A DNA stretch of 64,000 bases from Isurus oxyrinchus (GCA_026770705.1 JANJGN010000021.1:107508001-107572000); one strand, 5' to 3'; positions 21,903-35,592 are shown, counted from the first letter of the stretch. The notes: generated from the sequence alone by a model not told the origin. Translations and numbers: made by a program.

Positions 21903-24900
21903 GGTGTCAGTATTTACAGGGGTCCCAGGAGCGTGTGCATATTTACAGGGGTCCCCGGGAGTGTGTCCGTATTTACAAGGGTTCCTAGGAATGTGTCAGT
22001 ATTTACAGGGGTCCCCGGGAGTGTGTCCGTATTCACTGGGGTCCCCGGGAGTGTGTCCGTATTTGCAGGGGTCCCCGGGAGTGTGTTGGTATTTACTGGG
22101 GTCCCCGAGAATGTGTCCGTATTTACAGAGAATTCCCTGGGCTTGTGTCAGTATTTACAGGTGTCACCGGGAGTGTGTCAGTATTTACAGGGGTCCCTGG
22201 GAGTGTGTCAGTATATACAGGTGTCCCCGGGAGTGTGTCAGTGTTTACAGGTGTCCCCGGGAGTGTGTCAGTGCTTACAGGTGTCCCCGGGAGTGTGTCA
22301 GTATTTACAGATAGTTCCCAGGGAGTGTGTCAGTATTTACAGGAGTCCCCAGCAGTGTGTTAGTATTTACGGGGTCTCCAGGGAATGTGTCAGTATTTAC
22401 AGGGGACCTGGGGAGTGTGTCAGTATTTACAGGAGTCCCCAGGAGTGTGTTAGTGTTTACGGGGTCTACAGGGAGTGTGTCAGTATTTACAGGAGTCCCC
22501 AGAGAGTGTGTCAGTGTTTACAGGGGTCCCCAGGAGTGTGTCAGTATTTACAGGGTCTGTGGGGAGAGTGTCAGTATTTACAGGGTCTGTGGGGAGTGTG
22601 TCAGTATTTACTGGGTCTCTGGGGAATGTGTCAGTATTTACAGGGTCTGTGGGGAGTGTGTCAGTATTTACAGTGTCTCTGGGGAGTGTGTCAGTATTTA
22701 TGGGGTCTCTGGGTAATGAGTCAGTATTAACGGGGTCTAAGGGGAGTGGGTCACTATTTATGGGGTCTCTGGGGAGTGTGTCAGTATTTACGGGGTCTCT
22801 GGGGTGTGTGTCAGTGTTTACGGTGTCTCTGGGGTGTGTGTCAGTGTTTACGGTGTCTCTGGGGTGTGTGTCAGTGTTTACGGTGTCTCTGGGGTGTGTG
22901 TCAGTGTTTACGGGGTCTCTGGGGAGTGTGTCAGTGTTTACGGGGTCTGTGGGGAGTTGTCAGTATTTACAGGGTCTCTGGGGACTGTGTCAGTGTTTAC
23001 TGGGTCTGTGGGGAGTGTGTCAGTATTTACGGGGTCTCTGGGGAGTGTGTCAGTGTTTACGGGGTCTAAGTGATTGGGTCAGTATTTATGGGGTCTCTGG
23101 AGAATGAGTCAGTATTTACGGGATCTAAGGGGAGTGGGTCAGTGTTTACGGGGTCTGTGGTGAGTGTGTCAGTGTTTATGGGGTCTGTGGGGCCTGTGTC
23201 AGTGTTTATGGGGTCTATTGGGAGTGTGTCAGTGTTTACGGTGTCTTTGGGGAGTGTGTCAGTATTTACAGGGGTCCATAGGATCCTGTCTGTATTTACA
23301 GAGAGTTCCCGGGGAATGTGTCAGTATTTTGAGGGGTCCCTGGTAGTGTGTCAGTATTCACAGGGGTCCCCGGGAGTGTGACCGTTTTTACAGGGGTCCC
23401 CGGGAGTGTGTCAATATTTACAAGGGTCCCCAGGAGTGTGTTAGTATTTACAGGGGTCCCCGGGGAGTGTGTCAGTATTTACAGAGAGTTCACATTGAAT
23501 GTGTCAGTATTTACAGAGAGTTCCCATGGAATGTGTCAGTATTTACAGGGGTCCCCGGGAGTGTGACCATTTTTACAGGGGTCCCCGGGAGTGTGTCAGT
23601 ATTGACAAGGGTCCCCGGGAGTGTGTCAGTATTTACAGGGGTCCCCGGGGAGTGTGTCAGTATTTACAGTGGTCTCCGGGGAGTGTGTCAGTATTTACAG
23701 GGGTCCCCGGGGAGTGTGTCAGTATTTACAAAGAGTTCACATTGAATGTGTCAGTATTTACAGAGAGTTCCCATGGAATGTGTCAGTATTTACAGGGGTC
23801 CACGGGAGTGTGACCATTTTTACAGGGGTCCCCGGGAGTGTGTCAGTATTGACAAGGGTCCCCGGGAGTGTGTCAGTATTTACAGAGTTCCCATGGAATG
23901 TGTCAGTATTTACAGGGGTCCCCGGGAGTGTGACCGTTTTTACAGGGGTCCCCGGGAGTGTGTCAGTATTTACAGGGGTCCCTCGGGAGTGTGTCCGTAT
24001 TTACAGGGGTCCCCGGGAGTGTGTCCGTATTTACAGGGGTCCCCGGGAGTGTGTTGGTATTTACTGGGGTCCCCGAGAATGTGTCCGTATTTACAGAGAA
24101 TTCCCTGGGCTTGTGTCAGTATTTACAGGTGTCACCGGGAGTGTGTCAGTATTTACAGGGGTCCCTGGGAGTGTGTCAGTATATACAGGTGTCCCCGGGA
24201 GTGTGTCAGTGTTTACAGGTGTCCCCGGGAGTGTGTCAGTGCTTACAGGTGTCCCCGGGAGTGTGTCAGTATTTACAGATAGTTCCCAGGGAGTGTGTCA
24301 GTATTTACAGGAGTCCCCAGCAGTGTGTTAGTATTTACGGGGTCTCCAGGGAATGTGTCAGTATTTACAGGGGACCTGGGGAGTGTGTCAGTATTTACAG
24401 GAGTCCCCAGGAGTGTGTTAGTGTTTACGGGGTCTACAGGGAGTGTGTCAGTATTTACAGGAGTCCCCAGAGAGTGTGTCAGTGTTTACAGGGGTCCCCA
24501 GGAGTGTGTCAGTATTTACAGGGTCTGTGGGGAGAGTGTCAGTATTTACAGGGTCTGTGGGGAGTGTGTCAGTATTTACTGGGTCTCTGGGGAATGTGTC
24601 AGTATTTACAGGGTCTGTGGGGAGTGTGTCAGTATTTACAGTGTCTCTGGGGAGTGTGTCAGTATTTATGGGGTCTCTGGGTAATGAGTCAGTATTAACG
24701 GGGTCTAAGGGGAGTGGGTCACTATTTATGGGGTCTCTGGGGAGTGTGTCAGTATTTACGGGGTCTCTGGGGTGTGTGTCAGTGTTTACGGTGTCTCTGG
24801 GGTGTGTGTCAGTGTTTACGGTGTCTCTGGGGTGTGTGTCAGTGTTTACGGGGTCTCTGGGGAGTGTGTCAGTGTTTACGGGGTCTGTGGGGAGTGTGTC

Positions 24901-27622
24901 AGTATTTACAGGGTCTCTGGGGACTGTGTCAGTGTTTACTGGGTCTGTGGGGAGTGTGTCAGTATTTACGGGGTCTCTGGGGAGTGTGTCAGTGTTTACG
25001 GGGTCTAAGTGATTGGGTCAGTATTTATGGGGTCTCTGGAGAATGAGTCAGTATTTACGGGATCTAAGGGGAGTGGGTCAGTGTTTACGGGGTCTGTGGT
25101 GAGTGTGTCAGTGTTTACGGGGTCTGTGGGGCCTGTGTCAGTGTTTATGGGGTCTATTGGGAGTGTGTCAGTGTTTACGGTGTCTTTGGGGAGTGTGTCA
25201 GTATTTACAGGGGTCCATAGGAGCCTGTCTGTATTTACAGAGAGTTCCCGGGGAATGTGTCAGTATTTTGAGGGGTCCCTGGTAGTGTGTCAGTATTCAC
25301 AGGGGTCCCCGGGAGTGTGACCGTTTTTACAGGGGTCCCCGGGAGTGTGTCAATATTTACAAGGGTCCCCAGGAGTGTGTTAGTATTTACAGGGGTCCCC
25401 GGGGAGTGTGTCAGTATTTACAGAGAGTTCACATTGAATGTGTCAGTATTTACAGAGAGTTCCCATGGAATGTGTCAGTATTTACAGGGGTCCCCGGGAG
25501 TGTGACCATTTTTACAGGGGTCCCCGGGAGTGTGTCAGTATTGACAAGGGTCCCCGGGAGTGTGTCAGTATTTACAGGGGTCCCCGGGGAGTGTGTCAGT
25601 ATTTACAGTGGTCTCCGGGGAGTGTGTCAGTATTTACAGGGGTCCCCGGGGAGTGTGTCAGTATTTACAAAGAGTTTACATTGAATGTGTCAGTATTTAC
25701 AGAGAGTTCCCATGGAATGTGTCAGTATTTACAGGGGTCCACGGGAGTGTGACCATTTTTACAGGGGTCCCCGGGAGTGTGTCAGTATTGACAAGGGTCC
25801 CCGGGAGTGTGTCAGTATTTACAGAGTTCCCATGGAATGTGTCAGTATTTACAGGGGTCCCCGGGAGTGTGACCGTTTTTACAGGGGTCCCCGGGAGTGT
25901 GTCAGTATTTACAGGGGTCCCTCGGGAGTGTGTCCGTATTTACAGGGGTCCCCGGGAGTGTGTCCGTATTTACAGGGGTCCCCGGGGAGTGTGTCCATAT
26001 TTACAGGGGTCCCTCGGGAGTGTGTCAGTATTTACAGGGGTCTCTGGATGTGTGTCAGTATTTACAAGGGTAACCCAGGGAGTGTGTCCGTATTTACAGG
26101 GGTCCCCGGAGAGTGTGTCCGTATTTACAGGGGTCCCCAGGGAGTGTATCAGTATTTACAGAGAGTTCACATTGAATGTGTCAGTATTTACAGAGAGTTC
26201 CCATGGAATGTGTCAGTATTTACAGGGGTCCACGGGAGTGTGACCATTTTTACAGGGGTCCCCGGGAGTGTGTCAGTATTGACAAGGGTCCCCGGGAGTG
26301 TGTCAGTATTTACAGGGGTCCCCGGGGAGTGTGTCAGTATTTACAGTGGTCTCCGGGGAGTGTGTCAGTATTTACAGGGGACCTGGGGAGTGTGTCAGTA
26401 TTTACAGGAGTCCCCAGGAGTGTGTTAGTATTTACGGGGTCTACAGGGAGTGTGTCAGTATTTACAGGGGTCCCCGGGGAGTGTGTCAGTATTTACAGGG
26501 GTCCCCAGGAGTGTGTTAGTATTTACGGGGTCTGCAGGGAGTGTGTCTGTATTTACAGGTGTCCCCGGGGAGTGTGTCAGTATTTACAGGGGTTCCCAGG
26601 GAGTGTGTCAGTATTTACAAGGGTTCCCCGGAGTGTGTTAGTATTTACGGGGTCTCCGGGGAGTGTGTCAGTATTTACAGGGGTCCCCCGGGAGTCTGTC
26701 AGTATTTACAGGGGTCCCCGGGGAGTCTGTCAGTATTTACAGGGGTCCCTGGGGAGTGTGTCCATATTTACAGGGGTCCCTGGGCGTGTGTCAGTATTTT
26801 CAGAAAGTTCCTGGGGAGAGTGTCAGTATTTACAGGGGTCCCCGGGGAGTCTGTCAGTATTTACAGGGGTCCCCGGGGAGTGTGTCAGTATTTACAGTGG
26901 TCTCCGGGGAATGTGTCAGTATTTACAGGGTCTGTGGGGAGTGTGTCAGTATTTACAGTGTCTCTGGGGAGTGTGTCAGTATTTATGGGGTCTCTGGGTA
27001 ATGAGTCAGTATTAACGGGGTCTAAGGGGAGTGGGTCACTATTTATGGGGTCTCTGGGGAGTGTGTCAGTATTTACAGGGTCTCTGGGGTGTGTGTCAGT
27101 GTTTACGGTGTCTCTGGGGTGTGTGTCAGTGTTTACGGTGTCTCTGGGGAGTGTTTCAGTGTTTACGGGGTCTGTGGGGACTGTGTCAGTGTTTACGGGG
27201 TCTGTGGGGAGTGTGTCAGTATTTACGGGGTCTGTGGGGAGTGTGAGAGTGTTTACAGGGTGTGTGTGGAGTGTGTCACTGTTTACGGGGTCTCTGGGGA
27301 CTGTGTCAGTATTTACGGGGTTTCTGGGGAGTGTGTCAGTTTTTACGGGGTCTAAGTGATTGGGTCAGTATTTATGGAGTCTCTGGAGAATGAGTCAGTA
27401 TTTACGGGATCTAAGGGGAGTGGGTCAGTGTTTACGGGGTCTGTGGTGAGTGTGTCAGTGTTTACGGGGTCTGTGGGGCATGTGTCATTGTTTACGGGGT
27501 CTGTAGGGCGTGTGTCAGTGTTTACGGGGTCTGTGGGGCGTGTGTCAGTGTTTACGGGGTCTCTGGAGAGTGTGTCAGTGTTTACGGGGTTTAAGGGGTG
27601 GGTGCCACTGTTTACAGGGGTC
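21903..27622 (+). repeat. 30/31-bp minisatellite, block 2 (about 190 units), with an internal ~1.95-kb tandem duplication
   Basis: Same unit. Identical variant order recurs at offsets of 1968 and 1939 nt (22327 vs 24295; 23070 vs 25009). Confidence 0.97.
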
Positions 27623-28358
27623 TCAGATTTGCTGCATTCTGACTGGTTCCCAGGTTTGTGCTCTGACTGTCAGATTGTCAGTCATTGAGAATATTCCAGA
27701 CTCAAAATTCTGTTAAAATGCTTTGACCCAAACGTCCCCAATTACGGACCACACCCTCCCTCAGTACAGAACAGCTCCTTTTATGAGTTACTTATAAGTG
27801 AGATAACTGGGAAACTTTGCACTCTGTGTACAATGAACATGGGCCTCATCCCTGTTCATCGTATCGTGATGAATAATTACAGAATGGACACACTGAACAG
27901 AGACTGCAGCCTAATAGAGGATAAAGGACACAGACTGATAAACCCGCGGGGGTGAGGGGTGTTGAGGGCAGGGAGGTGCTGGGGTGAGTGGGTGGGACAC
28001 AGACTGTTTGCTAAACCCAGGAGTGGGGGCAATGTCCCACCTGATAAGCTGCTGAATACCGTCAGTCTTAGCTTTCAAAAGGGAATTGGAAACATTGCAC
28101 GGATGTGGGGCAGGAGGAGAGTGTGACTGACTGCATTGACCTTTGAAAGAGCCGGCGTTTTTCAATGGGCTGATTGGCCTCTTTCTATGCTGCATTGCCC
28201 TATGACTCCATGAAACAGTTTGCTGCACTGCTAGACTGTTCCCCTCTGGGGAGGTGACTGATTTCAAATTTCAGAGGAAGGGGAACGTGAGGGAATGTTA
28301 AGCAGTGGTTCATTTTACACTCCAAGGAATTGTTGATTTACAGACAGTCCCTGTGGCA

Positions 28359-31300
28359 GGTGTCAGTATTTACAGGGGTCCCAGGAGCGTGTGCATATTT
28401 ACAGGGGTCCCAGGAGCGTGTGCATATTTACAGGGGTCCCAGGAGCGTGTGCATATTTACAGGGGTCCCCAGGAGTGTGTCCGTATTTACAAGGGTTCCT
28501 GGGAATGTGTCAGTATTTACAGGGGTCCCCGGGAGTGTGTCCGTATTCACTGGGGTCCCCAGGAGTGTGTTGGTATTTACTGGGGACCCCGGGAATGTGT
28601 CCGTATTTACAGAGAATTCCCTGGGCTTGTGTCAGTATTTACAGGTGTCACCGGGTGTGTGTCAGTATTTACAGGGGTCCCTGGGAGTGTGTCAGTATAT
28701 ACAGGTGTCCCCGGGAGTGTGTCAGTGTTTACAGGTGTCCCCGGGAGTGTGTCAGTGTTTACAGGTGTCCCCGGGTGTGTGTCAGTGCTTACAGGTGTCC
28801 CCGGGAGTGTGTCAGTATTTACAGATAGTTCCCAGGGAGTGTGTCAGTATTTACAGGAGTCCCCAGCAGTGTGTTAGTATTTACGGGGTCTCCAGGGAGT
28901 GTGTCAGTATTTACAGGGGACCTGGGGAGTGTGTCAGTATTTACAGGAGTCCCCAGGTGTGTGTTAGTATTTACGGGGTCTACAGGGAGTGGGTCAGTAT
29001 TTACAGGAGTCCCCAGGGAGTGTGTCAGTATTTACAAGGGTCCCAAGGAGTGTGTTAGTATTTACGGGGTCTCCGGGGAGCGTGTCAGTATTTACAGGGG
29101 TCCCCGGGAGTGTGTCTGTATTTACAGGGTCTGTGGGGAGTGTGTCAGTATTTACGGGGCCTCTGGGGAGTGTGTCAGTATTTACGGGGCCTCTGGGGAG
29201 TGTGTCAGTATTTATGGGGCCTCTGGGGAGTGTGTCAGTATTTACGGGGCCTCAGGGGAGTGTGTCAGTATTTACTGGGTCTCTGGGGAATGTGTCAGTA
29301 TTTACAGGGTCTGTGGGGAGTGTGTCAGTATTTACGGGGTCTCTGGGGTGTGTGTCGGTATTTACGGGGTCTCTGGGGAGTGTGTCAGTATTAATGGGGT
29401 CTAAGCGGGGTGGGTTAGTATTTATGGGGTCTCTGGAGAATGAGTCAGTATTTACGGGATCTAAGGGGAGCGTGTCACTATTTATGAGGTCTCTGGGGAA
29501 TGTGTCAGTGTTTACAGGGTCTCGGGTGTCTGTCAGTGTTTGTGGTGTCTCTGGGGTGTGTGTCAGTGTTTACGGGGTCTCTGGGGAGTGTGTCATTGTT
29601 TACGGGGTTTCTGGGGAGTGTGTCATTGTTTACGGGGTCTCTGGGGAGTGTGTCATTGTTTACGGGGTCTCTGGGGAGTGTGTCAGTGTTTACGGGGTCT
29701 GTGGGGCGTGTGTCAGTGTTTACGGGGTCTGTGGGGCGTGTGTCAGTGTTTACGGGTTCTGTGGGGCATGTGTCAGTGTTTACGGGGTCTGTGTGGCGTG
29801 TGTCAGTGTTTACGGGGTCTGTGGGGCGTGTGTCAGTGTTTATGGGGTCTGTGGGGAGTGTGTCAGTGTTTACGGTGTCTTTGGGGAGTGTGTCAGTATT
29901 TACAGGGGTCCATAGGAGCCTGTTTGTATTTACAGAGAGTTCCCGGGGAATGTATCAGTATTTTCAGGGGTCCCGGGTAGTGTGTCAGTATTTACAGGGG
30001 TCCCCGGGAGTGTGACCGTTTTTACAGGCGTCCCCGGGAGTGTGTCAGTATTTACAAGGGTCCCCGGGAATGTGTGAGTATTTACAGGGGTCCCCGGGGA
30101 GTGTGTCAGTATTTACAGAGAGTTCACATTGAATGTGTCAGTATTTACAGAGAGTTCCCATGGAATGTGTCAGTATTTACAGGGGTCCCCGGGAGTGTGA
30201 CCATTTTTACAGGGGCCCCCGGGAGTGTGTCAGTATTGACAAGGGTCCCCGGGAGTGTGTCAGTATTTACAGGGGTCCCCGGGGAGTGTGTCAGTATTTA
30301 CAGTGGTCCCCGGGGAGTGTGTCAGTATTTACAGGGGTCCCCGGGGAGTGTGTCAGTATTTACAGAGAGTTCGCATTGAATGTGTCAGTATTTACAGAGA
30401 GTTCGCATTGAATGTGTCAGTATTTACAGAGGTCCCCGGGAGTGTGACCGTTTTTACAGGGGTCCCCGGGAGTGTGTCAGTATTTACAGGGGTCCCTCGG
30501 GAGTGTGTCCGTATTTACAGGGGTCCCCGGGGAGTGTGTCCGTATTTACAGGGGTCCCTCGGGAGTGTGTCAGTATTTACAGGGGTCCCTGGATGTGTGT
30601 CAGTATTTACAAGGGTAACCCAGGGAGTGTGTCTGTATTTACAGGGGTCCCCGGAGAGTGTGTCCGTATTTACAGGGGTCCCTCGGGAGTGTGTCCGTAT
30701 TTACAGGGAGTCCCTGGGGAGTATGTCTGTATTTACAGGGGTCCCCAGGAGTGTGTCAGTATTTACAGAGAGTTCGCATTGAATGTGTCAGTATTTACAG
30801 AGAGTTCCCATGGAATGTGTCAGTATTTACAGGGGTCCGCGGGGAATGTGTCAGTATTTACAGGGGTCCCCAGGGAGTGTGTCAGTATTCACAGAGAGTT
30901 CGCATTGAATGTGTCAGTATTTACAGAGAGTTCCCATGGAATGTGTCAGTATTTACAGGGGTCCCCGGCGAGTGTGTCAGTATTTACAGGGGTCTCCGGG
31001 GAGTGTGTCTGTATTTACAGGGGTTCCCATGGAATGTGTCAGTATTTACAGGGGTCCCCAGGGAGTGTGTCAGTATTTACAGGGGTCTCCGGGGAGTGTG
31101 TCTGTATTTACAGGGGTCCCCGGGGAGTGTGTTTGTATTTACAGGGGTCCCCGGGGAGTGTGTCAGTATTTACAAGGGTCCCCAGGAGTGTGTTAGTATT
31201 TACGGGGTCTACAGGGAGTGTGTCAGTATTTACAGGGGTCCCCGGGGAGTGTGTCAGTATTTACAGGGGTCCCCAGGGAGTGTGTCAGTATTTACAAGGG

Positions 31301-34075
31301 TCCCCAGGAGTGTGTTAGTATTTACGGGGTCTCCGGGAAGTGTGTCAGTATTTACAGGTGTCCCCGGGCAGTCTGTCAGTATTTACAGGGGTCCCCGGGG
31401 AGTCTGTCAGTATTTACAGGGGTCCCTGGGGAGTGTGTCCATATTTACAGTGGTCCCTGGGCGTGTGTCAGTATTTTCAGAAAGTTCCTGGGGAGAGTGT
31501 CAGTATTTACAGGGGTCCCCACGAGTGTGTCAGTATTTACAGGGTCTGTGGGGAGTGCGTCAGTATTTACAGGGGTCCCCAGGAGTGTGTCAGTATTTGC
31601 AGGGGTCCCCAGGAGTGTGTCAGTATTTACAGGGTCTGTGGGGAGTGTGTCAGTATTTACCGGGTCTCTGGGGAATGTGTCAGTATTTACAGGGTCTGTG
31701 GGGAGTGTGTCAGTATTTACCGGGTCTCTGGGGAGTGTGTCAGTATTTACGGGGTCTCTGGGGAGTGTGTCAGTACTTACGGGGTCTCTGGGGTGTGTGT
31801 CAGTATTTACGGGGTCTCTGGGGAGTGTGTCAGTATTTATGGGGTCTGTAGGGAATGTGTCAGTATTTACGGGGTCTAAGAGGAGTGGGTCAGTATTTAT
31901 GGCGTCTCTGGAGAATGAGTCAGTATTTACGGGGTCTAAGGGGAGTTGTCACTATTTATGGGGTCTCTGGGGAATGTGTCAGTGTTTATGGGGTCTCTGG
32001 GGAGTGTGTCAGTGTTTACGGGGTCTCTGGGGAGGGTGTCAGTGTTTACGGGGTCTCTGGGGAGTGTGTCAGTGTTTACGGGGTCTCTGGGGAGTGTGTC
32101 AGTGTTTACGGGGTCTCTGGGGACTGTGTCAATGTTTACAGGGTCCCTGGGGACTGTGTCAGTGTTTACGGGGTTTCTGGGGACTATGTCAGTGTTTACC
32201 CGGTCTGTGGGGAGTGTGTCAGTGTTTATGGGGTCTGTGGGTCGTGTGTCAGTGTTTACGGGGTCTGTGGGGCGTGTGTCAGTGTTTATGGGGTCTGTGG
32301 GGCATGTGTCTGTGTTTACAGGGTCTCTGGGTAGTGTGTCAGTGTTTACGGGGTCTTTGGGGAGTGTGTCAGTATTTACAGGGGTCCCCGGGAGTATGTC
32401 CATATTTACAGGGGTCCACGGGAGCGTGTCCGTATTTACAGAGAGTTCCCGGGTAATGTGTCAGTATTTTCAGGGGTCCCCGGGAGTGTGTCAGTATTTA
32501 CAGGGGTCCCCGGGAGTGTGACCGTTTTTACAGGGGTCCCCGGGAGTGTGTCAGTATTTACAGAGAGTTCCCTGGGCTTGTGTCAGTATTTACAGGTGTC
32601 CCGGGGATGTGTCAGTGTTTACAGGTGTCCCCGGGAGTGTGTCCGTATTTGCAGGGGTCCCCGGGAGTGTGTCCGTATTTACAGAGAGTTCCCTGGGCTT
32701 GTGTCAGTATTTACAGGTGTCCCGGGGCATGTGTCAGTGTTTACAGAGGTACCTGGGAGTGTGTCAGTATTTACAGAGAGTTCTTGGGGAGTCTGTCAGT
32801 ATTTACGGGGTCTCGGACGTGTGTCAGTATTTATAGAGTCTCTGGTGAGTGTGTCAGTATTTACAGGGATCCCCAGGAGTGTGTCAGTATTTACGGGGTC
32901 TCTGGGGAGTGCGTCTGTATTTAGGGGGTCTCTGGGGAGTGCGTCTGTATTTACAGGATCTGTGGGGAGTGTGTCAGTATTTAGGGGTCTCAGGCATGTG
33001 TCAGTATTTATAGGGTCTCTGGGGAGTGTGTCAGTATTTACAGGGGTCCCCGGGAGTGTGTCAGTATTTACAGGGGTCCCCGGGAGTGTGTCAGTATTTA
33101 CAGGGGTCCCCGGGAGTGTGTCAGTATTTACAGGGGTCCCCGGGAGTGTGTCAGTATTTACAGGGGTCCCTGGGAGTGTGTCAGTATTTACAGGTGTCCC
33201 TGGGTGTGTGTCAGTATTTACAGGGGTCCCTGGGTTTATGTCAGTATTTACAGGGATCCCTGGGTGTGTGTCAGTATTTACAAGGGTCCTTGGGTTTGTG
33301 TCAGTATTTACAGGTGTCCCTGGGTAAGTGTCAGTATTTACAGGGGTCCCTGGGAGTGTGTCAGTATTTACAGGGGTCCCTGGGGAGTGTGTCAGTATTT
33401 ATAGGGTCTCTGGGGAGTGTGTCAGCATTTACAGGGGTCCCCGGGCATGTGTCAGTATTTACAGGGGTCCCGGGGATTGTGTCAGTATTTACGGGGTCTC
33501 TGGGGAGTGTGTCAGTATTTACGGAGTCTCTAGGGAGTGTGTCAGTATTTACGGGGTCTCTAGGGAGTGTGTCGGTGTTTACGGGGTCTGTGGGGAGTGT
33601 GTCAGTATTTACGGGGTCTGTGGGGACTGTGTCAGTATTTACGGGGTCTGTGGGGAGTGTGTCAGTGTTTACGGGGTCTCTGGGGAGTGTGTCAGTATTT
33701 AGGGGGTCTCTGGGGAGTGTGTCAGTATTTAGAGGGGTTCCTTCGTGTGTGTCAGTATTTACAGGGGTCCCCGGGCATGTGTCAGTATTTAAAAGGGGTC
33801 CTGGGGAGTGTGTCAGTATTTATTGAGGGGTCGTGGGAAGTGTGTCAGTATTTACGGGGTCTCTGGGAAGTGTGTCAGTGTTTACGGGGTCTCTGGGGAG
33901 TGTGTCAGTGTTTACGGGGTCTCTGGGAACTGTGTCATTGTTTACGGGGTCTCTGGGGAGTGTGTCAGTGTTTACAGGGTCTCTGGGGGGTGTGTCAGTG
34001 TTTACAGGGTCTCTGGGGAGTGTGTCAGTGTTTATGGGGTCTAAGGGGTGAGTGTCATTGTTTACAGTGGCCTCA
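28359..34075 (+). repeat. 30/31-bp minisatellite, block 3 (about 190 units)
   Basis: Same unit and the same sub-variants. Confidence 0.97.
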
Positions 34076-35431
34076 GATTTGCTGAGTTCTGTCTAGTTCC
34101 CAGGTTTGTGCTCTGTCTGTGGATTGTCAGTCATCGAGAAGATTCCGGACTCAAAATTCTGTTAAAATGCTTTGACCCAAACAACCCGAGCCACGGACCA
34201 CACCCTCCCTCACTACAGAAGAACCATTTTTATGAGTTTCCTGTAAGTGAGATAACTGGGAGACTTCGCACTCTGTGTACAATAAACCCGGGCCTCATCC
34301 CTTTTCGTTTTATTCTGGTGAATAATTACAGAATGGGCACACTGAACAGAGACTGCAGCCTAATAGAGGATAAAGGACACAGCCTGATAAACCCAGGGAG
34401 GGGGTTGGTTGTGGAGGGAGGTGCTGGGATGCGGGGGGTTGGACACAGACTGATGAACCCGGATGGGGGGGCAGGTGGGAGATGGTGGGAGAACACAAAC
34501 TTAAATATAAAAGCTGGACTGGATTAACGTATATTAGCACGTGTAAGAAGTGACATTTTGACTGTACATCACATACAAACACAAGTCTGTTCTTTGTGTT
34601 TCTGAACTGAACATGGAGGCCTACTCTCCCGGGCTGGATAACTGGACCACAGATTGCTGACCCCATTGACCCCGGATAAACAACATCTGGATTTCAAAAT
34701 TCCCAACCTTGTTTCCAAATCACTCCACATCCTTGCCTCTCCCGACCTCTGTTAGTTCCAGAGCGCACAAACAAAAATACACCTTCTGTGATATCTGATC
34801 TTCTCTAATTCTAGCCTCTTGTACTTTAATCGCTCCATTATTGTTGGCCCTGCTTTCTGCTATCTCAGCCCGGAGCTCTGGAATTCCCTGCCTAAACCTC
34901 TCCACCTCTCTACTCTGCTGCCCTCCATCAGAACATTCCTCAAAACCTCCCTCTTTGACCAAGCTTTGGTCATCTGACCAAATTTCTCCTTATTTGATTG
35001 TGTCATACTTTGTTTTTCTTTGTATTGCTCCTCTGAAGCACGTTGGGATGTTAAAGGGGCTATATCAATATAAGTTGTTGTTGTTGCAGTGGTTGCTTCA
35101 GACCAGTCACTCACACTGACAGCTTCAAGAGACACTGGCTTCCCAACCTCCCTGTGTGCGATGTCCCTCAGCGAGGACCCAGCAACTGCCGACTGATTCT
35201 CACTTCTTGACTGTCCGGCCGTGTCCAGGTTGTTTTGGGACTGTCAATCCGGTCTTCTTTTCCCATCCCTCTGCAGGAACCCTGCCTCTCCCACCCTGTG
35301 CTCCAAGCTCACCAAAGCTTCTTGAGGTGGCTGGGAGAGCCTTTGGACAGTGAAGAAGCTTCATGTCGAACCCTAACGCGACCTCTTGTCTTTCAGGGCC
35401 CGCGCGGTCAGGCTTCAGAATTTCATCGAGG

Positions 35432-35501
35432 ATGTTCAGGCGGATGGGGCCCCAAGCCCTGTTTCTGATTCTCCTCTTCAGGATCCATTCTGCACTTAGA
35501 G
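35432..35501 (+). CDS. Gene B signal-peptide exon (MFRRMGPQALFLILLFRIHSALR); exon starts at 35397
   Basis: tttcag acceptor at 35396, ATG at 35432 (AGGATG, purine at -3), hydrophobic core LFLILLF, donor AG|gtgaga, phase 1. Confidence 0.8.
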
Positions 35502-35592
35502 GTGAGAGAAACCACTGCTGAAATACCTCAGCCCCCTCGCTTCACATTGACGTTCACACGAGGAATGTATTTTTAGCAGGTCCACTGCCAAC

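Larger units (their letters stand above)
18755..34473 (+). repeat. Higher-order tandem triplication: units 18755-21570, 21571-28028 and 28029-34473
   Basis: Each unit is a ~330-bp left flank (gcaatgtcccacctgata..cagtccctgtggcagg), the satellite, and a ~400-bp right flank (ctcagatttgctg..ggacacagactg). All flank copies are alignable by eye. Confidence 0.93.

Noticed and set aside
19087-34075. CRISPR-like look (constant 16-mer plus variable 14-15-mer)
   Set aside because: The variable parts are short mutational variants of each other, not unique spacers. The context is eukaryotic and there are no cas genes.
19033-34085. Dozens of long + strand ORFs with SVSVFTGVPG / ECVSIYRGPR / VCQYLQGSPG repeats
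   Set aside because: The 30-bp unit has no stop in any + frame, and 29/31-bp units shift frame freely. No frame is preserved and there is no exon structure, so these are satellite artefacts.
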